A DNA stretch of 64,000 bases from an uncultured delta proteobacterium (GCA_963727445.1 CAVSGI010000010.1:96001-160000); one strand, 5' to 3'; shown: positions 41,686-52,697, counted from the stretch's first letter. The notes: generated from the sequence alone by a model not told the origin. Made by a program: numbers and translations.

Positions 41686-42727
41686 TCAGCACTATGCGTG
41701 TGAGCTCGATCGTTGGGGACTCCTCTCGACGGGCGCCGAGACCGAGCGCGTCCAGGACCTCCCATCGGATCGCGCGGAGGTTCAGCGTGACCACCACCTC
41801 GCCGCTGGCGTCCGCCGGCAGGGGGACGCGCGCCTCACGCACCTCTCCCGAAGCGAGGCTTCGGTTCGTGACCGTGTCTGCGTCGGTGAGGAGCGCGACC
41901 GGCTCTCCGTCGCGGGTGGGCAGGGAGCCGAGCTCGAGCGCGCGCGCCTCCCAGGGGCCGGCGGAGACGTCGACCCAGAGATCGCGCAGGAACGCAGCGC
42001 CCGTCGGAACAGCGTGTCCAGTGCCCAGATTTTCGAGCGTCACAACGACCTCGCCCTCTTCGAGGCGCGCGTCGAGCGCGAGCGCTTCCTCCATCAGCGC
42101 GCGCGTGTCCTCGCGCGCGCGTGCCTGCGCGTCCGGGGCCGCGTCCCAGGCGGGATCGATCCCGACGAAGCGGTGCTCGCCGTCACGCATGTGACAGGTC
42201 GCGCAACCGATGCCCGCCGCCCCGAGGGCGCTCCCCTGGTACTCGCTCAGGGTGGGCTCGTCCAAGAGCCCGGGGCTCGTCACCTCGTGGCAGGTCCCGC
42301 AGAGCGATGGCGAGGTGAGAAAGCCGGTGGTGCGGATCTGGTGCGCCTCGGTCTCCCCCTCGCCCCGCGGTCCGGCGAGGGGCGCTTCGAGATCGACGCG
42401 CAGCCTCCCGTCCCGCGTGCCCGTGTTGCCCGTCGCGGCGTGGCAGGTCACGCAGCCGACGCCCAGGTCGCCCCCGTGATCGGGTTGATGACATCGCACG
42501 CACGCGTCCGCCGCGCGCGCGCCCCAGTCGGCGCGCGCCCGCTCCACCAGCGCCTCGAAGACCGGCGAGATGCCGCTGGTCGCATGCGCGCTCGACGACC
42601 ACGCCTGATACTCGGCCTCGTGGCAGCCGGAACAGCTCGCCGCGTCGGTGCCATAGGGAAGGGCGGCGCTTTCGGGCGCGGTGCACGCGCCAGCGAGAAC
42701 GAGCGCGACGGCGCAGAGGGCGCGCAT
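41675..42727 (-). CDS. Pentaheme c-type cytochrome lipoprotein (c554-like)
   Basis: Lipobox AGAC; CSGCH, CVRCH, CVTCH, CGTCH, CATCH; GHAVPTG motif. Confidence 0.9.
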   Translation of the reverse strand: MRALCAVALVLAGACTAPESAALPYGTDAASCSGCHEAEYQAWSSSAHATSGISPVFEALVERARADWGARAADACVRCHQPDHGGDLGVGCVTCHAATGNTGTRDGRLRVDLEAPLAGPRGEGETEAHQIRTTGFLTSPSLCGTCHEVTSPGLLDEPTLSEYQGSALGAAGIGCATCHMRDGEHRFVGIDPAWDAAPDAQARAREDTRALMEEALALDARLEEGEVVVTLENLGTGHAVPTGAAFLRDLWVDVSAGPWEARALELGSLPTRDGEPVALLTDADTVTNRSLASGEVREARVPLPADASGEVVVTLNLRAIRWEVLDALGLGARREESPTIELTRIVLRGR

Positions 42728-43338
42728 CAGAGACTGAAGTGCACCTGGGTGCCGACCATGGCCTGCACCAAGCCGAAGGTGGCGTACTCCTCGCTCACCT
42801 CGCCGGTCCAACCCTGCGAGCTGCGATCGTGGCCGAGATACGCGGTGGCCTGCACGTCGACGAAGAACGAGAAGTGGCGAAAGGGAGACCACTCGGCGCC
42901 CGCACCTCCGTGGATCCCGAAGAGCACGTCGTCGGCGCGTGGCGCACCTTCCTCTGCTGGCTCGATCAGGCTGAAGACCGCGCAGAAGCCGAAGAGCGGG
43001 CGAATGCGGAAGTTGTCGCTGAGGCGGATGGGCACGTAGAGGTTGAAGCCGATCGGATAGTCGTGGCGAAACCCGCCGCCTGCGTTGTCGACAATCAGCG
43101 CCTCGCCGAAGAGGTCGACGCCCAACAGGTCGAAGGGCTCCCAGCGGACGCGTCCACCGACGCCCACCCCGGCATAGGCGCCCAGCCATCCGGTTCCGTA
43201 GAACCCGACGGCCAGGTTTTCGTCGAAGGTCTGTCGGGGGGCGGGCTGTGCGGGCTGTGCGGGCGCTTGCTGCGCCTGGGCGGCGCTCGCCATCAGGGTG
43301 GTGAGGAGGAGGGCGGCGAAGATAGAGATGCGAGTCAT
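42727..43338 (-). CDS. Small outer-membrane beta-barrel protein
   Basis: Signal peptide ending AQA, alternating amphipathic beta-strands, terminal VHFSL; TGATG coupling to the cytochrome gene. Confidence 0.72.
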   Translation of the reverse strand: MTRISIFAALLLTTLMASAAQAQQAPAQPAQPAPRQTFDENLAVGFYGTGWLGAYAGVGVGGRVRWEPFDLLGVDLFGEALIVDNAGGGFRHDYPIGFNLYVPIRLSDNFRIRPLFGFCAVFSLIEPAEEGAPRADDVLFGIHGGAGAEWSPFRHFSFFVDVQATAYLGHDRSSQGWTGEVSEEYATFGLVQAMVGTQVHFSL

Positions 43339-43387
43339 GGCCGTGCGTGGGCGCAGCCGGACCCCTTTCTGAGATTTTTTTTCCCTC

Positions 43388-44221
43388 TCAGGGCCGCGCC
43401 AGGATCCGCTCGAGGCGCCGGACCTGGCTCGAGCCCGGATGTGCTTGCCGAAAGCGCGCCGCTCGGGCCTCGGCCTCCGCCCGCCGTCCCAGCCGGAGGA
43501 GCGCATCGACCGCCAGCACCTCGCGCTCCTGAGCGAGGGCCCCGGAGGGGTAGAGCCGGGCGTGCTCCTCCGTGAGGGCGAGCGCCTGGCGGGGGGAGGC
43601 GGGGAGGATGTCCTGGGCCTGCCGAAGAAGGTCGAGCTCGGAGGTCGGAGGCGGACTCGGGGACGGACTTGGAGACGGCGACGGAGACGGAGACGGAGAC
43701 GGACTCGGAGACGGAGACGGCGACGGAGACGGAGACGGAGACGGAGACGGACTCGGAGACGGAGACGGACTCGGAGACGGCGACGGCGATGGCAACAACC
43801 CCTCCAATTCCCCCTCTGTCGATGCGTCGACACCTTCGCCGACCGCCGGTGTCGCTCCGCCGTCACCCATCATTTCCCCTGCATCTACAGGCCATTGGCG
43901 GGGTCGGGCGCGCCAATCTTCGACGACGGCCCAGGTGCCGAGGGTGGAGATCAGGAGGGTACCGCCGACGAGGAAGAGCACGGTCTTCGTGCCGGTGGTC
44001 ATGCCGGTCGCGGCCGCCGCGGCCCCGGCGCCGGCCTTCCCGCCGCCTGCCGCAGCGGCTGCACCACCCCCACCGCCGCCACCGAGGAGGGGTCCCAACT
44101 TGGCGGCCACAGCGGCCAACTGCGCTTCGGTCGGTACCTCTTCACGGGCCTCTCGGAGGGCCTCGGCCACCCCCTCGGGGGCGTCCGGGTCGTCGGTCCA
44201 TCGGCGTGGATCGTCGCTCAT
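43388..44221 (-). CDS. Putative anti-sigma factor: single TM, (SP)n linker, TPR-like C-terminus
   Basis: ATGA overlap with the ECF gene; ELDLLRQAQ..YPSGALAQEREVLAVDAL C-terminus typical of myxobacterial ECF partners. Confidence 0.8.
   Translation of the reverse strand: MSDDPRRWTDDPDAPEGVAEALREAREEVPTEAQLAAVAAKLGPLLGGGGGGGAAAAAGGGKAGAGAAAAATGMTTGTKTVLFLVGGTLLISTLGTWAVVEDWRARPRQWPVDAGEMMGDGGATPAVGEGVDASTEGELEGLLPSPSPSPSPSPSPSPSPSPSPSPSPSPSPSPSPSPSPSPSPSPSPSPPPTSELDLLRQAQDILPASPRQALALTEEHARLYPSGALAQEREVLAVDALLRLGRRAEAEARAARFRQAHPGSSQVRRLERILARP
43652..43792. repeat. Hexanucleotide tandem repeat (GGAGAC)n encoding (SP)n
   Basis: Directly visible in the sequence. Confidence 0.95.
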
Positions 44222-44739
44222 CGGACCCTCCTGCCGAAGTGACGGCTCACGACCTCGCGGGCCGCGTAGAGCCGGGAGTAGGCGGTCTGCAGGGGGCAGC
44301 CGACGGCTTCGGCGACCTGGGCCATGGTCAGCTCCTCGATCTCGTACAGGACGAAGACCGCCCGCTTGTCCTCGTCCAGGTCCTCGAGGGCGGCGTCGAG
44401 GAGGGCGCGGGCCTGCCGGCGGGCCAGGTCCTTGGCCTGGGGCGCCGATTCCCGGCCCTCGGGCACCCGATCCGTCACCTCTTCACGGCGCACCCGGGCG
44501 CGGCGGCGGTGATCGGAGGCTGTCCGGAGGCAGATCCCGTAGAGCCAGGTGGTGAGGCTGCTCCGCCCCTCGAACTCCGGGAGCTTGCGATGGACCACGA
44601 CGAAGACCTCCTGACAGAGGTCGGGCACGTCCGCCTCGGGGATCCCGAGCTTGCGGAGCACCCGCCACACGAAGGGGCCGTGCGCGCGGAAGACCGAAGC
44701 GAGGTCCGGCGCATGGGTGTCGGTCTGAGTCACGGTCAT
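44218..44739 (-). CDS. ECF sigma-70 factor
   Basis: DLCQEVF, FEGRSSLTTWLYGI, region 4 HTH AEAVGCPLQTAYSRL. Confidence 0.95.
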   Translation of the reverse strand: MTVTQTDTHAPDLASVFRAHGPFVWRVLRKLGIPEADVPDLCQEVFVVVHRKLPEFEGRSSLTTWLYGICLRTASDHRRRARVRREEVTDRVPEGRESAPQAKDLARRQARALLDAALEDLDEDKRAVFVLYEIEELTMAQVAEAVGCPLQTAYSRLYAAREVVSRHFGRRVR

Positions 44740-44764
44740 GGGTGGGGACAGGGGGCGCAGCTTA

Positions 44765-45931
44765 TCAATCGAAAGCCCAACCGACCCCGAGATCGAAGAT
44801 CCCGCCGACGACTTCGGGCGTGTGGAGCGTCTGAGAGGTGCCCCCCACCGAGTAGACGTAGGGGTCGCTGCGCGGGTTGATCGAGAGGGTGGGGCGGGTC
44901 CAGACCACCAGCCCCTTCCACACGCGATAGGTCAGCCGCGCCCGCACCAACACGTGCCCCGCCACCGAGGTCTGCGTCGGGTCGACCGCGCCGTGCACGA
45001 GCTCGAAGCCCAGCTCCCCGCCCGCGCATCCCCTGAGGCCGAAGCCCCCGGCCGCGAGGCGCGGCGTACACACGAGGAGCCCGCCGAGCGCCGAGAGCCA
45101 GTTCGCATCTCCGCTCGTCGTCGACTGGGGCGAGTACGGATAGACCGAGCCCGTGATCTCGAAAGCGACGAGCCACGGCGTTTGCAAGACGACCGCCCCG
45201 AAACCGCCCACCGCCGGCTCGGGAAGCAGGCCGAGCCCGAGCCCGAGCCCGAGATCGATCTCGACGTTGAAGCGGGGCGCGTCCGCGTCAGCCTCCGTCC
45301 CCGTTCCCGTTCCCGTTCCCGCTCCCGTTCCCGTTCCCGTTCCCGCTCCCGTTCCCGTTCCCGTTCCCGTTCCCGCTCCCGCTCCCGTTCCCGTTCCCGT
45401 TCCCGTCTCCGTTCCCGTTCCCGTCCCCGTCTCCGTTCCCGTTCCCGTCTCCGTTCCCGTCCCCGTTCCCGTTCCCGTTCCCGTCTCCGTTCCCGTCCCC
45501 GTTTCCGTTCCCGTTCCCGTTCCCGCCTCCGCTTCGGCCGCCCCCTCCGGATCGATCATCACCGCCACCACGAACGCCACCGTCTCCGTCAGGTCGGCGC
45601 AGTCCGCGTCCTCGGTCGTCAGCTCGCGCTCCCCGAGGACCTCGCCGGCGGCGGTGGCGACCGCGAAGGTCGCGACGTAGCCGCCGTCCTCACGCGGGGC
45701 GACGCGGCCCTCGACGCTGAGGTCGGCGTCGCGAGGGGCCACGAAGACCTGGCGGCGAAGGCGGGTCTCCACGGCGCGGGCCAGGATCGGCGCGGTGGCG
45801 CAGCGCTCGGCGCCGGGGAGGCGCACCCAGCTCAGCGTGGAGGTTCGGGCGCCGTTTTCCGCGCTCTGCGCCGCCGCGCGACCCACGAGGGGCGCGAGCA
45901 GGAGCATGGCGGCGAGTCCCAGGCACCTCAT
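44765..45931 (-). CDS. Exported protein with (GT/ET)n linker and beta-barrel-like C-terminus, ECF-associated
   Basis: Signal peptide, two-Cys N-terminal domain, amphipathic beta-strands ending GVGWAFD. Confidence 0.75.
   Translation of the reverse strand: MRCLGLAAMLLLAPLVGRAAAQSAENGARTSTLSWVRLPGAERCATAPILARAVETRLRRQVFVAPRDADLSVEGRVAPREDGGYVATFAVATAAGEVLGERELTTEDADCADLTETVAFVVAVMIDPEGAAEAEAGTGTGTETGTGTETGTGTGTGTGTETGTGTETGTGTGTETGTGTGTGAGAGTGTGTGTGAGTGTGTGAGTGTGTGTEADADAPRFNVEIDLGLGLGLGLLPEPAVGGFGAVVLQTPWLVAFEITGSVYPYSPQSTTSGDANWLSALGGLLVCTPRLAAGGFGLRGCAGGELGFELVHGAVDPTQTSVAGHVLVRARLTYRVWKGLVVWTRPTLSINPRSDPYVYSVGGTSQTLHTPEVVGGIFDLGVGWAFD
45293..45530. repeat. Hexanucleotide tandem repeat (CCCGTT)n encoding (GT)n
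   Basis: Directly visible in the sequence. Confidence 0.95.
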
Positions 45932-45988
45932 CGGGGCCCGGTGTAGCCGATTCGCCCCGGATGCGCTTCCCGACTACGATTGGGAGCG

Positions 45989-47972
45989 ATGGGTGAAACG
46001 CCCGAGAAGAAGAAGAAGCCACCGCGCTTGTCGATCCCGACACGTATCTTCCTCGGGTTTGCGCTCCTTCTCGTGGCTTTCGGCGGCGTCGCGGGGGCGA
46101 GCGTCGTGCAGCACGACCAGACCGCCGAGACCCTCCGCCTCCTTCACGACGGGTATCTACCGCTCACGCTCACCGTGGCGGAGGCCAAGGTCACCCAGGC
46201 CGTCTTCGGCACCGCCCTCGACCGCGTCGTCTCCGAGCGCGACCCCAGCGGCACGCGCAACTGGCTTCAAGCGGGCCGGCAGATCCGCCCGATGACGATC
46301 CGGCGCGCCCTCGACGGCGTCCGCCGTACCGAGGACCTCGAGGGCACCGAGGCCGACCGTCGTGCGCTGCGCTCGGTGCGCTCCTCCCTCGAGCAGGTCG
46401 CGATTCTCGTATCGCGAGTCGGACAGTCGCTACGACGAGCTCTTCACGGCCCTCGACGAACAGGACGGGGCGCGCGCAGAGGCGATCCTCGACCAGATCC
46501 GCGACTTCGAGCGACGTGGCTCGGCCCACTTGCGCGATGCCCGCGGTGTGCTCTCGGAGCGCATCGCCGTCCTCTCCGCCGAGGCCGAGGAGCGGGAGCG
46601 CCGCGCGGCGGTGCTCCTCGGCGCGCTCACGGTGCTCGGCCTGCTCCTCGGCGTCGGCGTGATCTTCGCCGCCCACCGCATGCTCTCCCCGCTTCCCCGC
46701 TTGATGGAGCGCGTCGCGGCCGTCGCCCGTGGTGATCTCTCCGCGAAGCTCGAGCCGCGCACAGACGACGAGCTGGGCCGGCTGGCGACCGAATTCGAGA
46801 ACATGGTCGAAGCGCTCGCGGCGCGCGACCAGCGGCTCCGAGAAGCCGCGGAGGCCGAGCTCCGTCTTCAGCGCATGCAGGAGCAGATCGTCACCAGCCT
46901 CTCGGCGGCGGTGTTGGTGATCGACGCCGAGGATCGCGTCGGCACCGTGAACCCGGCGGCCGCCCACGTACTTCGCATCGACGAGAGCGCTGTCGGCGAC
47001 ACGCTCGCGGCCTCCGGGCTCTTCGACGCGTTGCCGGCGCTCCAGAAGGCGGTGGCCGACGTGCGCGCCGGCGCCCCCCGTGCGGTCCTGTCGGCGGTCG
47101 CCGTGGGCGGCGGCGAGGACGTGGTGAACGCGCTGGTGACACCCTTCGGGAGCCCCGACGGCGAGCAGGGCGCGGTGCTGGTGGTGGCCGAGGACGTCAC
47201 GGAGGAGCTGAAGACCAAGGCGCGCCTGATCCACACCGAGCGCCTCGCCGCCATCGGGCGGATGGCGGCCCACGTCACCCACGAGGTGCGCAACCCCCTG
47301 TCGAGCATCGGGCTCAACGTGGAGATGCTGGAAGAGGAGCTCGAGGGGGCGGGGGCGGGCCCGGAGACCGTCGCCCTCATGCGCGCCATCACCCGAGAAG
47401 TGGATCGTCTCACCGGCATCACGGAGGAGTACCTGCGTCTGGCGCGCCTTCCCCAGCCGCGCCTCGAGCCCGAGGACATCGGGCACCTCGTCCGTTCGGT
47501 GACCTCGTTCGTCGCCCGAGAGATGGAGGGTAGCAGCGTGAAGCTCGAGGTGGAGGTCGAGGATGATCTGCCCTCGGTCGCGCTGGACGAGCAGCAGATG
47601 CGCCAGGCGCTCCTCAACCTCCTGCGCAACGCGCGAGAGGCCATGCCCGATGGCGGGCACGTTCGGGTGCGGGTGCGGCGCGACGGAACGAACGTGGTGC
47701 TCACCGTCCAGGACGAGGGCGAAGGCATCCCCGAGGCGCAGCGCGCCCGGATCTTCGACCTCTTCTACACGACGAAGGAACGGGGCACGGGCCTCGGCCT
47801 TCCGCTCACACGTCAGATCGTGGTAGCTCATGGCGGCCAGATCCGATGCGAGGGCGGCGACGACGGGGGCACGATCTTCGAGCTCGTGTTCCCGGCGGCG
47901 AAGGAGAGCGTGGTCGGTCACGCGGCTCCCGATGCGACCGACGCCGCGCCCGCCATCGGCCCCAGCGAGTGA
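45989..47972 (+). CDS. Sensor histidine kinase (2 TM, HAMP, PAS, HisKA, HATPase); frameshift near 46410
   Basis: HEVRNPL, NLLRNA, DEGEGI, FYTTKERGTGLGL; ORFs 45980 and 46362 join. Confidence 0.9.
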
Positions 47973-47993
47973 CGACTACTTGAGGAGAGCGAG

Positions 47994-48749
47994 ATGAGTC
48001 AGACGCGCCACGACGGCCGCGGCAGGGACGCCCTCAGGCCGGTGTCGATGAGCCTCGGCTTCCAGAAGTTTCCCGAGGGGTCGGTGATCTACGGCTCGGG
48101 AGAGACCAGGGTCCTCATCGCTGGGAGCATCAGCGAAGGCGTGCGTCCCTGGCTCGCGGGCAAGGGGCAGGGGTGGATCACCGCCGAGTACGCGATGCAT
48201 CCACGCTCGACACCCAATCGCCGCGAGCGCGATGGGCGCCGGGGACGGGTCGATGGCCGCGCGTCGGAGATCCAGCGCCTGATCGGCCGCTCGCTCCGGG
48301 CGGCGGTGCGAAACGAAAAGCTCGGCGAGCGCACGGTCACCGTCGACTGCGACGTCCTCGACGCGGACGGTGGCACGCGCACCGCCTCCATCACCGGCGG
48401 CTACGTCAGTCTGGTGATGTGCCTCGATCACCTGCGCAAGCGAGGCCTGGTGGAGCCGGGCGTCTTGCGCGAGCCCCTCGCTGCGGTGAGCGTCGGCCAC
48501 CACGAAGGGCGCGCCCTTTTGGATCTGGACTACGTGGAGGACTCGGCGTGCGACGTGGACCTCAACGTGGTCGCGACGGCGTCGGGGCGGATCGTCGAGG
48601 TCCAGGGCACGGCCGAGGGAGAGCCGATCCCCAAGGATCACTTCGACGAGATGCTCGAGCTGGCACTCGCGGGCATCGCTCAGCTGATCGACGCGCAGAA
48701 GAAGACGTTGGCCGAAGCCGGCGTGGCGTGGGAGCGCCTCCTCGCATGA
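47994..48749 (+). CDS. rph: Ribonuclease PH
   Basis: GWITAEYAM, EIQRLIGRSLR, DGGTRTASITG, LDLDYVEDS. Confidence 0.97.
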   Translation: MSQTRHDGRGRDALRPVSMSLGFQKFPEGSVIYGSGETRVLIAGSISEGVRPWLAGKGQGWITAEYAMHPRSTPNRRERDGRRGRVDGRASEIQRLIGRSLRAAVRNEKLGERTVTVDCDVLDADGGTRTASITGGYVSLVMCLDHLRKRGLVEPGVLREPLAAVSVGHHEGRALLDLDYVEDSACDVDLNVVATASGRIVEVQGTAEGEPIPKDHFDEMLELALAGIAQLIDAQKKTLAEAGVAWERLLA

Positions 48750-49363
48750 CGAAGCTCCTCGTCGCCAGCAACAACCCGAAGAAGCTCGTCGAGCTGCGGC
48801 GGATCTTCGAAGCGGTGCCCGGCCTGTCGGTGGTGGGCCCCGAGGAGGTGGGCCCGCTCCCCGACGTCGTCGAGGACGGCGACACCTTCGCCCACAATGC
48901 GAAGAAGAAGGCGCGCGAGATGGCGCGCGACAAGGGCATGATGACCATCGCCGACGACAGCGGCCTCGAGGTGGACGCGCTCGGCGGCGCACCCGGCGTG
49001 TACTCGGCGCGTTACGCTGACGGCGGCGGCGATCAGGCGAACAACGAAAAGCTCCTGCGCCAGCTCGAAGGTGTGCCCGACGAAGAGCGCACCGCGCGCT
49101 TTCGCTGCGTCCTCGCCATCGCCGATCCCGGCGGCCCGCTGGGCGATGCAGAGCACGTGGCGGCGGGCGCGGTCGAGGGGCGCATCGGCCACGCGCCGCA
49201 GGGCGATGGCGGCTTCGGCTACGACCCGCTCTTCCTCCCCGAGGGGCACGAGGTCACGATGGCGGAGCTGTCGCCCGAGCAGAAGGACGCCATCAGCCAC
49301 CGCGCCCGGGCCGCACGGGCCATCCTCCCATTCCTCCGCGAGTACTGCGGAAATCGTCGCTGA
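48746..49363 (+). CDS. rdgB: Non-canonical purine NTP pyrophosphatase RdgB/HAM1
   Basis: ASNNPKK, ADDSGLEVDALGGAPGVYSARY, GFGYDPLF, SHR; coupled to rph. Confidence 0.96.
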   Translation: MTKLLVASNNPKKLVELRRIFEAVPGLSVVGPEEVGPLPDVVEDGDTFAHNAKKKAREMARDKGMMTIADDSGLEVDALGGAPGVYSARYADGGGDQANNEKLLRQLEGVPDEERTARFRCVLAIADPGGPLGDAEHVAAGAVEGRIGHAPQGDGGFGYDPLFLPEGHEVTMAELSPEQKDAISHRARAARAILPFLREYCGNRR

Positions 49364-49416
49364 TGCCGGTTCGTGGAGAAGCCGCGCGAATGAGGCTAGA
49401 ATTCGCGAGCTTCCCC

Positions 49417-50508
49417 ATGCGGTCGCCCCTCTTCTTTTTCTTGTCGTTCGTGACGGCGCTCGTCCTCGGGATGGGCTGCAAGGTCTACGACCCCTCGCTG
49501 GTGGACAGCGGCACGAGTGGTGCTTGCGGCGTCGTGCCTCCGCCTCGACCCGTCAACAACGACGACACGAACATCGGTGAGGTCGGCTTCGCCCTCAAGC
49601 AGGTGCAGCTCGACCAGGGGCCGCGTTGGCGCAACATCGGCTACGACCTCGACGGGGTGTGCACCACGGCGCCCGAGCTCGAATCGCCCTGCATGCCGCC
49701 GAGCGGCCGGGCGGCGCCTGAAGATGGTGACCAGGGACGCGACAACGTCTTCGGCCAGTCGATCTATCCCACGGTTCGCATCGCCGTGGGGGATCTCGAG
49801 GCTTCCTCGCAGGCCTACATGGAAAACGGACAGGGGGGCATCTTCCTCCGCATCCACGAATACAACGGTCTCGACAACGACGACCGGGTCATCGTCACCA
49901 TGTCGGTCACGGTCTTCGGCACCACCGCCGAGGCGGCGCCATCGGTCACCTTCGCCACGGACGGCACGCCGATGGTCCCGCCCATGGGCGACTATCCGCC
50001 ACCGCCTGCGTGGACCAGCGCCGGGACCGACGTGTTCTGGGGGCGCACCGACAACTTCGTCGGCGGCGACCAGGCGAACCCGCTGATCTTCGACGACAAC
50101 GCCTACGTCGCCGATGGGCTGCTCGTGGCGCGTCTACCCGACCGCAGCGACGTGATCTTCCCCGGGATGGACGCGGGCGTGCGCGCGCGCCTCACGGGTG
50201 CGGTGCTGGTGGGCCGCATCAGCGAGGACCTCACCCAGCTTCAGGACGTCACGGTCGCGGGGAGGTGGGCGCTCACCGATCTGCTCGACACCGCCGCTTC
50301 GGTGGGCGCGTGCCCGGGCTCGGAGAACCTGAACACGCTGACCAATCTGCTCAACGACGTCGCCGACGTTCGTTCGATGGCGGGGACCGGTGGGCCGGGC
50401 GTGTCGTGCAACGCGATCAGCCTCGGCGTGGTGTTTCAGGGGTACCTCGCGCGCTGGGGCGGCATCACCGACGGGCCGCCCCTCGCCAATGCCTGCTCGA
50501 TGATGTGA
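49417..50508 (+). CDS. Hypothetical lipoprotein (myxobacterial type)
   Basis: Lipobox GMGC; GYDLDGVCT and DGDQGRDN motifs. Confidence 0.8.
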   Translation: MRSPLFFFLSFVTALVLGMGCKVYDPSLVDSGTSGACGVVPPPRPVNNDDTNIGEVGFALKQVQLDQGPRWRNIGYDLDGVCTTAPELESPCMPPSGRAAPEDGDQGRDNVFGQSIYPTVRIAVGDLEASSQAYMENGQGGIFLRIHEYNGLDNDDRVIVTMSVTVFGTTAEAAPSVTFATDGTPMVPPMGDYPPPPAWTSAGTDVFWGRTDNFVGGDQANPLIFDDNAYVADGLLVARLPDRSDVIFPGMDAGVRARLTGAVLVGRISEDLTQLQDVTVAGRWALTDLLDTAASVGACPGSENLNTLTNLLNDVADVRSMAGTGGPGVSCNAISLGVVFQGYLARWGGITDGPPLANACSMM

Positions 50509-50515
50509 CCGAGCC

Positions 50516-51307
50516 TCAGCCGACGAGCGCGTGCGCTGCCTCGCCGACGAGGATCTGAAGCGCGACCAGGAAGAGGAGCGCGCGCGCGAGGAAGACGAAG
50601 CGATCCGAGGAGAGCTTCGACAAGAGGCGCTTGCCGAGCACGGTTCCGATGACCACCGCGACCATCATGAGGGCGAGGGGCAGCGCATAGGCCCCGTAGT
50701 CGAAAGAGAGCGCGAGCCCGAAGAGAGGGATCTTCAGGAAGTGACTGACGCCCTGGATGGCGCTCTTGGTGGCGACGTGCTCCTCCTTGAGCACACCGGT
50801 GCCCAGGAGCGTCTGGGTGACGATGGGTCCGGTGGAGCCGACGAGGATGCCGAGGGCACCGACCAACGAGCCCATGCCGGCGTAGAGCAGGGTGTGGGAC
50901 TTTCGCCGCCCGTCATCCTGCGTGCTGCCCGTTTCGTTCGCGGCCCTCTTCTTCTTTGCCGGGGCCAGGAGGCTCAGCAGGATCGCGGTGGCGATCAACG
51001 CCTTGAGCATGCCGGGTGAGATCGAGGCGATCCACGCCACCAGCGCGAGGCCGAGGAAGGAGCCCGGCACGAGCCCCGCGAGGAAGCGCCACGCCACGTC
51101 CCAGCGAATGTCCTTGCGGAAGCTGGCGATGCGCGCGCCGCAGGCCGAGAGCTGAACGGCGCCATGCAGGGGCACCACCGCCGTGGAGGGCACGACCACC
51201 AGCAGGCCGGAGAGCAGGATCACCCCGCCAGCGACGCCGGTGACCGCCGAGAGGGCCGCGGCGGCCAGGGCGAGGGCGACGAGCGCGCCACAAGCAGCGG
51301 CGCCCAT
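50516..51307 (-). CDS. Sulfite exporter TauE/SafE (TSUP) family permease
   Basis: About 8 TM, SAVTGVAGG and GILVGSTGP repeats. Confidence 0.85.
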   Translation of the reverse strand: MGAAACGALVALALAAAALSAVTGVAGGVILLSGLLVVVPSTAVVPLHGAVQLSACGARIASFRKDIRWDVAWRFLAGLVPGSFLGLALVAWIASISPGMLKALIATAILLSLLAPAKKKRAANETGSTQDDGRRKSHTLLYAGMGSLVGALGILVGSTGPIVTQTLLGTGVLKEEHVATKSAIQGVSHFLKIPLFGLALSFDYGAYALPLALMMVAVVIGTVLGKRLLSKLSSDRFVFLARALLFLVALQILVGEAAHALVG

Positions 51308-51310
51308 GGC

Positions 51311-52418
51311 TCAGGACCCCGTGGCGAGGAGGCGCGCCTCGGCGAAGTCGGAGAGGTACACCATGTGGGCCATCTCGAGCTCGCGCTTCATCTCGAGCGC
51401 GATCTCGAATCCAGCGCGGGTAGTGCGCCGAGAAATGCTCGGCGTGTCCTTCGCGCTCGAGGGAGGGCATCGACACGCGGTGCGCGCGCCCGAGCTGCGA
51501 TGCGACGGAGAAGCAGAGGTCGACCTGTTGCATGTCCTCGAGAGGACGCTTGAGCTTGAGGCTCTGCGTCGGGATCTCGCGGCACCAGTAGTCTTTGCCG
51601 CCGAAGCTCGCCCAACCCGGGCGTATCTCCCACCCGGGCGCGTGGAGCTCGCCGGCCTCGACCATGCGGCGTCCGTTGTGCTCGAAGGGATTGAAGAAGA
51701 ACGAGCAGTCGCGCTCGTCGTAGGTCTCCTTGACGTCGATCAGGCGCTGATCCTCGGAGCGGTCGAGAGGCGTCAGCAGCATCAGCGTGTGTAGCTTGCC
51801 CATGCTGCCGGGCACCTCGGCGGCGGCCTCGACGCGATGCGTGTCCAGAACCTCGAGCTCGTCACGGCTCTCGAGATAGCTGCGCAGCATCCCGCGGACG
51901 CGCGAAAGCTCCGTGTCGATGGCGTACTTCGACAGGCGCGCGCCCCAGCGCTTCTTCGAGCGCACGTATGCGCGCGTCGAGCGCTGCCATTTCTTCGGGG
52001 GCTTGTCCTTGAGCTTGACCATCTCTTCGTGACCGAGCCCGCTCAGCCCGAAGAGATAGCCGCGACGGAAGCTGTCGAGGACCACGGGGTGCAGGAACGC
52101 GCCGTCGGGACGCGCGCGCTTGAGCGACACGCTGATCAGAAAGCGCACCACGTCGTAGGCGTAAGGGCCGAAGCGCGCGCGATCGAAATCGACCATCGCG
52201 GCGCCGGCCTGAGTCTTCGCGTAGTTGTCGAGGTGAGGATTGCCGTGGATGAAGGCGACGGGGATCGCCGCGGCGTCCGCCAGCTCACAGAATCGCCGCT
52301 GCATTTCTTGCGTCGACATCCGGAAGAAGCGGTGGAGGCCATTCTGTGAGTGAGCACAGGCCTCTTTCAAGCTGGGCGAATCTTTTTGCGAATCTCTATG
52401 GAATGGATGAAGGGTCAT
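51311..52418 (-). CDS. DUF2252-family kinase-like protein; frameshift near 51408
   Basis: HGNPHLDNY, VDFDRA, GSMG, LIDVKE, LGRAH; the alternate frame ends EIALEMKRELEMAH..ATGS*. Confidence 0.78.
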
Positions 52419-52455
52419 GCCCCCGTCACCTTTCTGGATCTCGTCAGACACTTGT

Positions 52456-52473
52456 CTGTCACACAAATGTCAC
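52456..52473 (+). promoter_or_regulatory. Pho-box-like 11-bp-period direct repeat (OmpR/PhoB-type site)
   Basis: CTGTCAC-ACAA-ATGTCAC in an AT-richer intergenic region, about 38 bp upstream of the DUF2252 start. Confidence 0.5.
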
Positions 52474-52697
52474 CCAGCGACGGGGCAAGGTCAAGATCTC
52501 AATGTTTTTTGACTTCCATTCGAAATCATTGAAGAAAGCAGGCGCAGCGAGGAGAGCCGCCCGAAAATTCTGAGGCTTTGGGGGCACCGAGTCGGCGCGT
52601 CGGGTCGCGGCGGTCACGCCGCGTCACAGAGACGCGTTGTCCTCGAGGGGTCACGAACCGGGCGAGCGAGGTGGGTCGGTCGCGCGCATGGCGGCGG

